Below, piece by piece: positions 9,276-18,071 of a stretch of DNA of 39,060 nt. Made by a program: the position numbers and the translations under genes. The stretch is from a virus (lineage: Duplodnaviria > Heunggongvirae > Uroviricota > Caudoviricetes): IMG/VR virus record IMGVR_UViG_3300032007_000006, positions 313,360 to 352,419 of that record. One strand, 5' to 3'. The notes beneath the pieces were generated by a model. That model was not told the DNA's origin. It did no database searches and saw only the letters and a program-made list of their open reading frames with translations. How positions within the stretch are numbered: the first letter of the stretch is position 1; each line of letters opens with the position of its first letter.

Positions 9276-9338
9276 ATTGCTCTCCTTGAGCTGAGGGTTG
9301 CGGAAGCGGGAGCGGCCATACAGCGGCCCTCTCCCCTC

Positions 9339-9468
9339 TTGACAGCTTCACTCTAGCAGAGAGCAGAGAGGCTGTCAAGCAAAAATTTCAAATTTTTTTG
9401 GGAGCGAAACGGACCCATTGGGCCCTCTTGACAGGACGCACTCTAGCAGAGAGCAGAGAAGCTGTCAA
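9339..9468 (-). promoter_or_regulatory. two tandem early promoters (9339-9378, 9428-9468)
   Basis: TTGACA-N17-TAGAGT with inverted hexamers. Confidence 0.8.
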
Positions 9469-9488
9469 GCGAAAAGATCAAATTTTTT

Positions 9489-9605
9489 TCACATGCAAGA
9501 ATCGTGCTAGCAGAGACTCTATGCAAGAATCGTGCTAGACGTAATCACATGCAAAAATCGTGCTAGCAGAGACTCTATGCAAGAATCGTGCTAGACGCAA
9601 TCACA
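9489..9605. repeat. tandem repeat: 4 x ATGCAARAATCGTGCTAG at 28-bp period (56-bp unit x2)
   Basis: Copies start at 9493, 9521, 9549 and 9577. Confidence 0.95.
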
Positions 9606-9844
9606 AACGCTGTCAGACAGGACCTTGGACCGTCGTCTAGGACGCTCTCTGCTCGTCTTTCTCGCGTCACGCACACAGAGATACGTCGGACGTTCTAATC
9701 GCGTCCTCCTGTCATCCTCCGCGCTCCTCCGCTATGCTAGCACGTCACGCTAGACAGCGCACGACATGCTCATTCACGCTCATTCGTGCGTCCTATGGCC
9801 GCAGACAGCATCATGACATGCTCTAATGGAATACAGCAGCAGAT

Positions 9845-10108
9845 TCAACGCTTCTCCTTCTGTTCCTGTGACAGAATGAACACGGCCTTCTCTATTCGGT
9901 CCAGACGTGCATTGATTCTGACATACATCTCCTTTCTGCATTCCGTGCTGTCATAGCCATTTGCTTCGCAGGCCATTGGAAATAGAGATGGATCTGCAAC
10001 TACAATGGCCTTAGGCCTGTCAAAATGCAGCCATAAAGCAAGCAGTCCACACAGTATAATCCAGCATATCGCTCCGGCCAGCGTCAAGGATTCAAATCGC
10101 AGCATCAT
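9845..10108 (-). CDS. small membrane protein
   Basis: N-terminal TM helix; GAGGG SD. Confidence 0.7.
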   Translation of the reverse strand: MMLRFESLTLAGAICWIILCGLLALWLHFDRPKAIVVADPSLFPMACEANGYDSTECRKEMYVRINARLDRIEKAVFILSQEQKEKR

Positions 10109-10117
10109 TCCCTCACG

Positions 10118-10387
10118 CTATGCAGACGCTATATGCAGCATTGCAGTGGACTTGAATCCCTTCCAGAGCAGAGAATCAGTTCCCTGCTCAATCATTTCGG
10201 CCGCAATGAAAGCAAAGGCCGAAACTGCGCCAGAACTGCACTTTTCTATCTTCTTCAGGAGCTTGACGTCCGCTTCAAGCAGAGGACCATGATATTCGCT
10301 CTTCAGAGCAATGCTGGCCTCGCCAGATGCATCGCTGACTGGATTTTTGCTGGACTTGGACGAATAAAGCGTCATGTGGATCTTCAT
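10118..10387 (-). CDS. hypothetical protein
   Basis: Start MKIH after AAGGAGG. Confidence 0.65.
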   Translation of the reverse strand: MKIHMTLYSSKSSKNPVSDASGEASIALKSEYHGPLLEADVKLLKKIEKCSSGAVSAFAFIAAEMIEQGTDSLLWKGFKSTAMLHIASA

Positions 10388-10437
10388 ATTGCAGTCCTCC
10401 TTCACCTCAATTGAATTGACATTCTAGCCCACCATCA

Positions 10438-10461
10438 GTGGCTGGCCATATGGCCAGCCAC
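10438..10461. repeat. perfect 24-bp palindrome GTGGCTGGCCATATGGCCAGCCAC
   Basis: Intergenic and self-complementary. Confidence 0.85.
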
Positions 10462-10470
10462 ATTTTTTCG

Positions 10471-10983
10471 CTACACCCACGCAGGCTTCTTCATGGAGAC
10501 AGGAAGACCACGCAGGAAGCCAAGGACTTCCGACGGAAGTTCAAACCTGATCCAGCTGGAGCCATAGCGGTACGGCTTTCCTTCTACCATATGCTGGTCA
10601 TCTTCAAGCAGACCGACCTCTTCAAGCGCCTTGCACTCGTCCTTGTAGTCATAGCTCAGAATCTCGCGGCCCTTGCGCCATTCGCGGAGGAAGTCCATCT
10701 GGCGGTGCGTTCCAGGCTGCAGATCATTGAGGTGCCACTTGCGCCAAACGTCAAGAAACTCGTCAACCATCTCCTGAGTCCAGCCATTGTCTGGAATGAG
10801 GTCCTGAATGTCATCATAAATCTGGCCAGCATAGCCCCAGGCTTCGCCATTCTTGCGGGGACCAACAACGCCATGGATGCTCAGAATGCCGTCTGCAACC
10901 TTCACTTCGCAGAACACGTCGTAATGCTTGCTGGAACCAGGAACGGAAGCCTTGCCGAGATTGACAATCTTGTAAATGTCCAT
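10471..10983 (-). CDS. hypothetical phage protein
   Basis: Start MDIYK after AAGGAGG; WHLNDLQPG and YRYGSSW motifs. Confidence 0.8.
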   Translation of the reverse strand: MDIYKIVNLGKASVPGSSKHYDVFCEVKVADGILSIHGVVGPRKNGEAWGYAGQIYDDIQDLIPDNGWTQEMVDEFLDVWRKWHLNDLQPGTHRQMDFLREWRKGREILSYDYKDECKALEEVGLLEDDQHMVEGKPYRYGSSWIRFELPSEVLGFLRGLPVSMKKPAWV

Positions 10984-11148
10984 GCTGTCCTCCTTGGAGT
11001 GGCTGGGTTTGGCTGGGAGGGCCCTCCCTCTCGCTGACAGGAGCAGAATCTCACAGACCGCCCATCCTGTCAAGAAAAAAATCTGCGAATCGCGAAAAAA
11101 GTTTCCAGCGCAGGGAGGACGCTCTCTGGAGCAGAGTCCTCAGGATCG

Positions 11149-11223
11149 CTGGAGGACGCTTCGGGACGCATCCGAGTGTCTCAGACGCATAACCCATTGG
11201 TCTGCTCTGGAAGCGTCCTCCAG
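11149..11223. repeat. 14-bp perfect inverted repeat in an intergenic region
   Basis: CTGGAGGACGCTTC (11149-11162) / GAAGCGTCCTCCAG (11210-11223). Confidence 0.8.
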
Positions 11224-11271
11224 AAGGACAGAGAGCATAAAAAAGGCGAATTTAAAATCCGCCTTAATATT

Positions 11272-11356
11272 TGGTAGGGACTGCCAGACTTGCACTGGCA
11301 CGACTTGCGTCACAAGCTTCTAAGGCTTGCATGTCTGCTAATTCCATCAAGTCCCC
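11272..11356 (-). tRNA. tRNA-Leu(TAG)
   Basis: Cloverleaf, loop CT-TAG-AA, long variable arm, CCA. Confidence 0.9.
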
Positions 11357-11368
11357 ATGTATTCAAGT

Positions 11369-11968
11369 CTATTTCTTGTATCCAATGCCGAACATGACTT
11401 TCTTTTCATCATCTCCACCAATGGAGCGGATGTATTCATATCTCGACACTGGAGTTACTGGCTTTTTCAGTATGGCACCAACCATTTCCGCTGGAACCAT
11501 GTACTTTTCCAATGGACTTCCCTCAAATCCAGCATCCTTGGCCAGGCCAAATATCTTCTTGATCATGTTCAATGCTGGTCCAGAAGCCTCGCCATATGAA
11601 CGCTCAAGCCTGATTTCGTCAAGCATCATTTTCTTGATTGCGGCCTTGGCCTTGTCGGAACCATCCGTTCCAAGGGCCACCATCTTGCGTCCTTCGCGAT
11701 CCTTGTACATAATGACAGCGACTGGGCGGCCCTGCTGCTTGTACAGCTTCCAGAACCATATCTTCTTCATCATGTCCTTTTCGTCATTGAAGCCAGATCC
11801 CTTGATTCCTCCAATCCTTCTATAGGAGTCCTGAAGAATCTTCCAGACGTCGTCCACATATTTCTTCTTCTTTTTCAGAATGTCCTTGTCAAAGCCTATA
11901 AGGTTTTCAAATGATTCAACTAGAAGGCCTTCGCTAGTCGGCTGGAGCCATTCCAAGAATGTTTTCAT
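11369..11968 (-). CDS. putative virion internal protein (CTS-like N-terminus)
   Basis: MKTFLEWL...LLVE-S; GTAAATA at 11989-11995. Confidence 0.7.
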   Translation of the reverse strand: MKTFLEWLQPTSEGLLVESFENLIGFDKDILKKKKKYVDDVWKILQDSYRRIGGIKGSGFNDEKDMMKKIWFWKLYKQQGRPVAVIMYKDREGRKMVALGTDGSDKAKAAIKKMMLDEIRLERSYGEASGPALNMIKKIFGLAKDAGFEGSPLEKYMVPAEMVGAILKKPVTPVSRYEYIRSIGGDDEKKVMFGIGYKK

Positions 11969-12503
11969 ACTGCTTGATCACGTCAATGTATTTACAAAAT
12001 GATTCAATCCTGTGAGGTCCTTCAATGTACTCAAAATCGCTGAATTCCTTTGCGGCCAGCTCTGCATTTCCAGGAAGGACTTCATCATCCCTTGACGCAT
12101 AGGCCATCACAGGCAGTCCCTTGGGCGCCTTCAGCGCATCTGGATAGGAATTCAGGACATCTTCAGTGAAGGTCCACTTTTCTCCAGTTGCAAAGTTGAC
12201 GTTATTGCCGAGAAACTTCTTCAACTGGGACTTGGGCTTCATTGCAGGATTGAACACTACGGCGCAGGTCTGAAGCTCCTTCGCCATTTCGCAGGCATAG
12301 AATCCACCGAGGGAGGAGCCAACTATCACGTCAAATCCATCCATGTCCTTCCACGCTTCAAGGGAAAGATTCTCAAGATTCTCCTTGAACGGCTTGGAGC
12401 AGTCATACTCCAGACACACAACAGGCTTTCCAGCCTGCTCTGCAAGCATCTTCCCAGTCGAGGACTTCTTTGACGAATTGAAGCCGTGAACGTAGAATAT
12501 CAT
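11934..12503 (-). CDS. YqiA/YcfP (UPF0227) alpha/beta hydrolase
   Basis: YVHGFNSS, GSSLGG nucleophile elbow, NPA, DEVL, C-terminal His. Confidence 0.9.
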   Translation of the reverse strand: MIFYVHGFNSSKKSSTGKMLAEQAGKPVVCLEYDCSKPFKENLENLSLEAWKDMDGFDVIVGSSLGGFYACEMAKELQTCAVVFNPAMKPKSQLKKFLGNNVNFATGEKWTFTEDVLNSYPDALKAPKGLPVMAYASRDDEVLPGNAELAAKEFSDFEYIEGPHRIESFCKYIDVIKQYENILGMAPAD

Positions 12504-12565
12504 TTGCGCCTCCTTGGCGTTGTTCCCTCATGACAGGAAGAAGCTAGCAGAAACCGAAGAAAATG

Positions 12566-13012
12566 TCAAGCGTTGGCTTCCAGCCAGTCATCAATCTTCC
12601 GGTCGAGATCATCGGAGTCAAATGGTTCGGCCTGCCTGCTGTTGATGGCATGGAGCATTTCTTTAAAGTCGTGCTCATCCTGCTCTTCTCCATCAAAATA
12701 CTTGCGATCAACAATCTTCCATCCATCGCAGACATAGACGCCATTGTCCCAGTTGTCCTGATCCAGATCAGACATCTTGTCTATGTAGATGGACTGATTG
12801 GAGCCAAAGAATCCAGCAACTACATCAACAAAGTTCCTGATGCCAATGGAGACGTTCTCCGAAGGACTCTTCAGATCCTTCATTTCGCAGTAGGCCAGAA
12901 AGGCCTCAATGGAATCGCGTCCACCATTCCAGTGAAGGTAGACTCCCATGGAGCTGTCGTCATAGTGGCCATCCTTGTCCTTCCAGACCAGCACAGCGCG
13001 ATTGCCCATCAT
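12566..13012 (-). CDS. phage protein (paralog of 8034-8516)
   Basis: GVYLHWNGGRDSIEAFLAYC; its own promoter at 13039-13078. Confidence 0.85.
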   Translation of the reverse strand: MMGNRAVLVWKDKDGHYDDSSMGVYLHWNGGRDSIEAFLAYCEMKDLKSPSENVSIGIRNFVDVVAGFFGSNQSIYIDKMSDLDQDNWDNGVYVCDGWKIVDRKYFDGEEQDEHDFKEMLHAINSRQAEPFDSDDLDRKIDDWLEANA

Positions 13013-13099
13013 GTCCTCCTAAGGGGTTGGGGTTGCTCTTGACAGGAAGAAAGTAGCAAAGGCAGTGGGAAATGTCAAGCGAAAAAGGCGAAAAATTTT

Positions 13100-13177
13100 T
13101 GGTATGGGTGGTGGGAGTTGAACCCACAGCGGTAGAGGGCTTAAACCTCATGCGTATTCCAGTTCCGCCACACCCAC
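13100..13177 (-). tRNA. tRNA-Leu(TAA), short variable arm
   Basis: Loop TT-TAA-GC, T-loop TTCAACT, CCA. Confidence 0.85.
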
Positions 13178-13191
13178 ACAGGAAATATCTT

Positions 13192-13267
13192 TAAATAAAA
13201 ACGGCTTTGAAAGCAATTGCAGTTGCCTTCAAAGCCTTAACACCAAATCATAGTAGAGGTATGAATG
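13192..13267 (+). promoter_or_regulatory. TAAATA plus two-hairpin leader, copy 1
   Basis: Same layout at 16386-16460 and 37561-37636. Confidence 0.75.
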
Positions 13268-14611
13268 ATGTCTGAAGATACTTATGAAGACAAATTGTCT
13301 GCTGTTGACGCTGCAGAAAGTCGGGAAGCAAGTGAAGAGAAGGAAATGTTTCCTGGATTTCAAGGGTTTCTCTTCACGCCACAGGAATTGGAACGCAATG
13401 CATCGCGAGGATTGATGAAATGCCAATGCATTCAATGTGGCAGAATATTTTTCATTCCAAAAAATCAGATACAGGCAAGAATAAAAGCCCGTCGAACAAT
13501 ATGCTGCTGTTCTGCAGCATGCACAGCACAATATAAAAAAGAACGCAAAAAGTCTTCAAAAAAGGAATACTGCTGCGCTACTTGTGGAAAACATGTTTCA
13601 TCTAATGAATACTATGGTTCTGGCAGATTTTGCTGTCAAAAATGTTCCAATGCGTATAGTTCAAAGTTTGGAAACACTACAGAAAAAAGAAAGCAGAAGT
13701 CAAACAAGTTATTAGAGCATGGAAAGAAAAAGGTAGTTAAGCCTTGCCACAAATGTGGAAAACCAATTGAATGTTCAGAATATGCCAATAATGCACTATG
13801 TGCAGAATGTCGAAAGAAAAAATATAAGAGCCAAGTTAATAGAAATGAAAATGTTAAACAGCAAACTAAACTGCAAAAACTTAATGAAGAAAGCATACTA
13901 TATCAACAAGTTTTAAAACTATATCATTTGTACAACTTTAAAGAAATGAACGAAGTCTTGAAAATAGATACTAGACTTTTAAGAAGTGTTATAAGAAAAT
14001 ATAATGTTCAACAAAATCCAGCATTGCTTCCTGTACAGCAGTTTGGTAGAATAAAATACACAAAACTAATATTAGATATTCAAGACCGTTCTGTCACCTA
14101 TCATGATTTCATTAGAGCAAAACTTATTTTAGAGCATCATTATCATGTTGAAATGATGTCTCCGGAAGAAATAAAGAAAATGTATAATATTGAATATAGC
14201 TGTTTTGATATGTGTCTTAAAGGTGTATTCGGAATAACATTAAGAAACTTGTCAGAAAGTAGTAGAAATTATCATCAAAAGATTGGAACTTACGACAATA
14301 AGACAGAAAAGGAACTCTATTACATGCAATGCGCTTTTCGGTTTCCTCGAAGTGAGTATAGTCGTATTCCTGGATTTGAACTTGTAAACCAATATGGCTG
14401 GTACAAGCCCGCAAAAAATAGATGGTTTGGTGCTACTAGAGATCATATGATCTCTAGAAACTATGGATGGACGCATAAGATTGATCCAGAGATAATACGC
14501 CATCCAGCCAATTGTCAAATCATGCTCTCAACAGACAACTCTTCAAAGGGAGAGAAATGCACTATCACTGTTGAAGAATTAATGGAACGAATAAAGCATT
14601 GGGAAGATTAA
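13268..14611 (+). CDS. putative free-standing HNH-type homing endonuclease with N-terminal Zn-binding repeats (paralog 1)
   Basis: CxxCG...FCxxxC repeats; C-terminal RDHMIS...HPANCQ...DNSSK; AT-rich and opposite strand. Confidence 0.75.
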   Translation: MSEDTYEDKLSAVDAAESREASEEKEMFPGFQGFLFTPQELERNASRGLMKCQCIQCGRIFFIPKNQIQARIKARRTICCCSAACTAQYKKERKKSSKKEYCCATCGKHVSSNEYYGSGRFCCQKCSNAYSSKFGNTTEKRKQKSNKLLEHGKKKVVKPCHKCGKPIECSEYANNALCAECRKKKYKSQVNRNENVKQQTKLQKLNEESILYQQVLKLYHLYNFKEMNEVLKIDTRLLRSVIRKYNVQQNPALLPVQQFGRIKYTKLILDIQDRSVTYHDFIRAKLILEHHYHVEMMSPEEIKKMYNIEYSCFDMCLKGVFGITLRNLSESSRNYHQKIGTYDNKTEKELYYMQCAFRFPRSEYSRIPGFELVNQYGWYKPAKNRWFGATRDHMISRNYGWTHKIDPEIIRHPANCQIMLSTDNSSKGEKCTITVEELMERIKHWED

Positions 14612-14617
14612 AAAAGC

Positions 14618-14644
14618 AAAGAGCGGGATAATCCCGCTCTTTTG
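14618..14644 (+). terminator. terminator hairpin after HNH paralog 1 (possibly bidirectional)
   Basis: AAAGAGCGGGA-TAA-TCCCGCTCTTT. Confidence 0.7.
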
Positions 14645-14651
14645 ATTGATA

Positions 14652-14728
14652 TGGTAGACCCCCTCGGATTCGAACCGAGACTGAATAGTGTTTGAAACTA
14701 CTTTCTCTACCAGTTGGAATAGAGGTCC
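14652..14728 (-). tRNA. tRNA-Leu(CAA), short variable arm
   Basis: Loop TT-CAA-AC, TTCGAAT, CCA. Confidence 0.85.
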
Positions 14729-14759
14729 ACATCATTTATATAATAAAATCAAATACTTA

Positions 14760-14835
14760 TGGTGGAGATGTGTCGACTTGAACGACCATCAGACGCTTAT
14801 AGGGCGTCCGCTCTAACCTATTGAGCTACACCTCC
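14760..14835 (-). tRNA. tRNA-Ile(TAT)
   Basis: Stem GACGC/GCGTC, loop CC-TAT-AA, CCA. Confidence 0.8.
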
Positions 14836-14850
14836 ATTGATTTCTGCTTT

Positions 14851-15198
14851 TTATTCTTCAATCATCTTCTCTATTTCTGTCTTAATCTTTTCCTTTTCAA
14901 CATATCCATTGAGAGTGAAGGAAGTCTTTCCATTCTTGAAGCCAATGAGCATTGGAATACTTCTGATTCCATATTCGGCCGCAGTGCGTGGACTTTCGTC
15001 AACATTCAACTTGAACGTGTCATATTTTCCATCCGCTTCCCCTGCAATCTCATCAACCACAGGAGACAATGCACGACATGGACCACACCACGGAGCAAAG
15101 AAGTCCACAAGAACTGGCTTATTTGACTTTAAGACCTTATCTTCAAAGCTGGCATCGCTGACTGTTTCTGCAAACATAGATTGATGTCTCCTTTTCAT
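14851..15198 (-). CDS. trxA: thioredoxin
   Basis: VDFFAPWCGPC, LNVDE, GIRSIP; true start may be MFAET. Confidence 0.95.
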   Translation of the reverse strand: MKRRHQSMFAETVSDASFEDKVLKSNKPVLVDFFAPWCGPCRALSPVVDEIAGEADGKYDTFKLNVDESPRTAAEYGIRSIPMLIGFKNGKTSFTLNGYVEKEKIKTEIEKMIEE

Positions 15199-15213
15199 TC
15201 TGCATTCAAACTA

Positions 15214-15299
15214 TGGTAGGCGGGGAGGGACTCGAACCCTCAAGGACTTGCGTCCACCAGCTCCTCAAGCTGGCGCGTATACCATTCCGCCACCCGCCC
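15214..15299 (-). tRNA. tRNA-Leu(GAG)
   Basis: Loop TT-GAG-GA, long variable arm, CCA. Confidence 0.93.
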
Positions 15300-15311
15300 A
15301 TAATCTTTGCG

Positions 15312-15419
15312 CGGAAGAGCCATGTTGGCAATACTCTTCCGTTGAGCAGGGTCTGGACTTGAACCAGAAGCCTCCATCATATTGCCTTAGATGGTGCTGA
15401 ACCATTCAGCTTCCCTACC
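15312..15419 (-). ncRNA. tRNA-like RNA with 11-nt anticodon loop and 3' hairpin extension
   Basis: Acceptor, D and T arms intact (15344-15419); no CCA; trailer hairpin 15312-15341. Confidence 0.65.
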
Positions 15420-15427
15420 GAAAATCT

Positions 15428-15841
15428 CTACTTGCTCATTAATTTCCGTATCTGCCTGTCGCTGAGCCATTCTGGACTTGTGAAGCAGTACCAGAGAACC
15501 TTTCTTCCCTTGAAGACCTTGTCCCTCTTGCGAACGTAGTCTTCAACGTACCACATCTTGCCATCCTTGTTCATCCACCATGGATTTGAGACCTCGCGGA
15601 CGCTTTCAACGTCCATCTTCCAGTCTTCCGTCTCATAGTCCACTCTTGGAAGCGGCCTGAACACGAAGCAGTCATCTTCAAGATCAACCAGCCAGCAGGT
15701 AATGGCTCTCTCCTTTGCTATTCTTCTGCAGGACATCCTGCCCTTGGAGCGGAACTTTCTGTGCCAGAACCTCTTGTCCCAGCGTTCCGACTTGCAGGAG
15801 CATATCTGCCCGCATGGATGCGTTCTCCAGCTTCTAGACAT
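15428..15841 (-). CDS. basic hypothetical protein (MSRS-type, paralog of the next gene)
   Basis: MSRS...DKxxWHxxFR...WxMxKDGKxWY. Confidence 0.8.
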   Translation of the reverse strand: MSRSWRTHPCGQICSCKSERWDKRFWHRKFRSKGRMSCRRIAKERAITCWLVDLEDDCFVFRPLPRVDYETEDWKMDVESVREVSNPWWMNKDGKMWYVEDYVRKRDKVFKGRKVLWYCFTSPEWLSDRQIRKLMSK

Positions 15842-15844
15842 ACG

Positions 15845-16213
15845 CTACTTCCCCACGATATGGTGCTTGTCTACAATGGAAACTTCTTCAATGACAGTCG
15901 GATCTGCAATGTAGACGCATCTGACTGGCTTCTCCAGAAATGCTCTTCCCTTGTAGTGGTTGCGGGAGAAGTACCATCCCTTGCCATCCTTCTGCATGTT
16001 CCAGACTTGGCTGGCCTGCAGACGGTGGAAGAAAGGAATGTCCCAGTCAAGAGTTTCGTCATCCCAGCCACGCTGGAGGACGATATGCACAGCCTGCTTC
16101 ATCTTGGTGCGAAAAGTCTGGTGCCAGAGCTTCTTGTCCTTCTTCTCCGAGGAGCGGGAACGCTTCACCCAGCCACCAGCGCACTGATGCTTGAAAGAAC
16201 GGGACATTGTCAT
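15845..16213 (-). CDS. basic hypothetical protein (MSRS-type)
   Basis: Same motifs; AAGGAG SD; promoter 16245-16284. Confidence 0.8.
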   Translation of the reverse strand: MTMSRSFKHQCAGGWVKRSRSSEKKDKKLWHQTFRTKMKQAVHIVLQRGWDDETLDWDIPFFHRLQASQVWNMQKDGKGWYFSRNHYKGRAFLEKPVRCVYIADPTVIEEVSIVDKHHIVGK

Positions 16214-16292
16214 CTCCTTGCTGAAGATATTTGACCAAAACTCATTGACAAGAGAAAGATAGCACCAGACAGAAAGAATGTCAAGCGAAAAA

Positions 16293-16383
16293 TGGAGCCC
16301 CCGACAGGAGTTGAACCTGCAATTGGCCTCTCGACCTCCGTCGCCTTACAAGGGCGCCGCTCTACCAGTTGAGCTACAAGGGC
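16293..16383 (-). tRNA. tRNA-Thr(TGT) with long variable arm
   Basis: Loop CT-TGT-AA; about 20-nt variable region containing GGTC-GAGA-GGCC; CCA. Confidence 0.85.
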
Positions 16384-16385
16384 AT

Positions 16386-16460
16386 TAAATATCTTCGGCT
16401 CCGAGCCAGTTAGCCGCTGTCTCAAGAGCCTAAACACAAATCATTTACGGAGAATGACTT
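16386..16460 (+). promoter_or_regulatory. TAAATA plus two-hairpin leader, copy 2
   Basis: See copy 1. Confidence 0.75.
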
Positions 16461-17801
16461 ATGTCTAAGACTACTTATGATGGCATTATGCCATCCATTG
16501 ATGATTTCTGTGATTCAGAACCAAGAGAAATGTTTCCTGGATTTCCAGACTTTCTTTTCACCAAGGACGATCTTGATTCCGTTCGTGTACGAGATTTGCT
16601 TGAATGCAGATGCTCTCACTGTGGAAAAACATTCAAGCGATGCAAGGGAGACATTCTGAAAAAGCACTACAGAGTGAACAAGCCTTTAATCTTCTGCAGC
16701 CAGAAATGCTATAATGAACATACAATACTTCTAACTAAAAACAGAAACCATCACGACTACACCTGCAAAACCTGCGGCAGAGAAGTCAAGAAAGATGATT
16801 GGTATGCCTCTGGAATGTTCTGTTCTGAGCAATGTTCCAAAAAATATTCATCAACATTTGCAAACAGCATCGAATCAAGAAAAAAGAAGTCTCAAACAAT
16901 AAAAGAAACTTGTCTTAAAAAGAAAAATCAAATCATAGTTGAACAAAGAAAACGTTATAACGAACAGGCCTCTCAGATCCAATCTCTTCAATCTAAATGG
17001 AATCTTTCAGACATAAGGAAAATACTACACATTAATCACAAAACATTTGAATGCATAGTTAAACGCTTTAATATAGCAGAACATGACCGATATGTTAGCT
17101 TCAGACAATATAAAGTCATTGAACGCTGTCGTATTGCATTAAACAAGCCATTTGAAGATGGAAGCATCACTATTGATGATCTAAAGACTGTACAAAATGA
17201 ATGTCATCGACTAATGTTTGAAGATGACTGGTCTGCCGATGAAGTTTGCAGAAACTATCTGCAAATGGAGAAGCCCAATCCAAAGTTTCTCGAACTGTCT
17301 CTGGGAATAGAACTAAGAAGCCTCAGCATGGCTAGACAGTCTATTCTAAGAAGGAACGGCTACTATGACAACAGAGACGCTGAAGAAGCCTATAGGGCTC
17401 AATGCGAATTCAGGCTGTCATCCAAACTGTATCCATACATTTTTGGATTTGAACTTGTCAAGCTGCATGGCTGGTGTCATCCGATTAAAAATCCCTATGG
17501 AGTCTCTAAGGACCATATGGTGTCTGTCCATTATGGATTCACTCACAACATTGATCCCTATCTCATTTCCCACCCAGCCAACTGCATGTTCATGCTTCAG
17601 TCGGAAAATGCAAGCAAGTGTGAAAACTGCTCAATGACTGTACAGGAACTCATTGAACGAGTGGAATGGTTCAATGAAACCATATTATACAAGGAATTCA
17701 ACCTTGACTTGCTTAGACAGATTAAAATCCGATACAAGCCTTCAAGAAATAGATTCTCTATTCCAGAGATGAATCACTTCGCAGCATTGTCTCTAGTCTA
17801 G
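16461..17801 (+). CDS. putative HNH-type homing endonuclease (paralog 2)
   Basis: EMFPGF shared with paralog 1; Zn repeats; KDHMVS...IDPYLISHPANC...ENASK. Confidence 0.75.
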   Translation: MSKTTYDGIMPSIDDFCDSEPREMFPGFPDFLFTKDDLDSVRVRDLLECRCSHCGKTFKRCKGDILKKHYRVNKPLIFCSQKCYNEHTILLTKNRNHHDYTCKTCGREVKKDDWYASGMFCSEQCSKKYSSTFANSIESRKKKSQTIKETCLKKKNQIIVEQRKRYNEQASQIQSLQSKWNLSDIRKILHINHKTFECIVKRFNIAEHDRYVSFRQYKVIERCRIALNKPFEDGSITIDDLKTVQNECHRLMFEDDWSADEVCRNYLQMEKPNPKFLELSLGIELRSLSMARQSILRRNGYYDNRDAEEAYRAQCEFRLSSKLYPYIFGFELVKLHGWCHPIKNPYGVSKDHMVSVHYGFTHNIDPYLISHPANCMFMLQSENASKCENCSMTVQELIERVEWFNETILYKEFNLDLLRQIKIRYKPSRNRFSIPEMNHFAALSLV

Positions 17802-17817
17802 AGCATTGGAAATCTTC

Positions 17818-17891
17818 TGGAGGCGCGTAATGGAGTCTAACCATTCTCCAAGCATTTGCAGTGCTTTGGCTGAACGCTTGCCTAACGCGCC
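17818..17891 (-). tRNA. tRNA-Cys(GCA)
   Basis: Loop CT-GCA-AA, U73, CCA. Confidence 0.88.
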
Positions 17892-17901
17892 ATGTTGAAT
17901 A

Positions 17902-17977
17902 TGGCCCACGGGAATGGAGTCGCACCACTGACGCTTGGCTCTTCAGGCCAACGCTCTACTGCCTGAGCTACCCGTGG
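17902..17977 (-). tRNA. tRNA-Phe(GAA)
   Basis: Loop CT-GAA-GA, CCA. Confidence 0.88.
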
Positions 17978-17985
17978 AATATTTC

Positions 17986-18063
17986 TGGGGCGAATGGAGA
18001 GCCTTGAACTCTCGGCCTTCTGAGCCACAATCAGATGCTCTGCACTTCTGAGCTACATCCGCC
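17986..18063 (-). tRNA. tRNA-His(GTG)
   Basis: Loop TT-GTG-GC, G-1:C73, CCA. Confidence 0.9.
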
Positions 18064-18071
18064 ATAAATCC

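Noticed and set aside
9489-9605. Possible CRISPR array
   Set aside because: The 10-nt linkers are themselves repeated, the period is only 28 bp, and no cas genes are visible.
13268-14611. IscB/TnpB/Cas-like RNA-guided nuclease or IS transposase
   Set aside because: No RuvC or DDE motifs, no terminal inverted repeats or target duplications seen, and the conserved leader is only about 70 nt.
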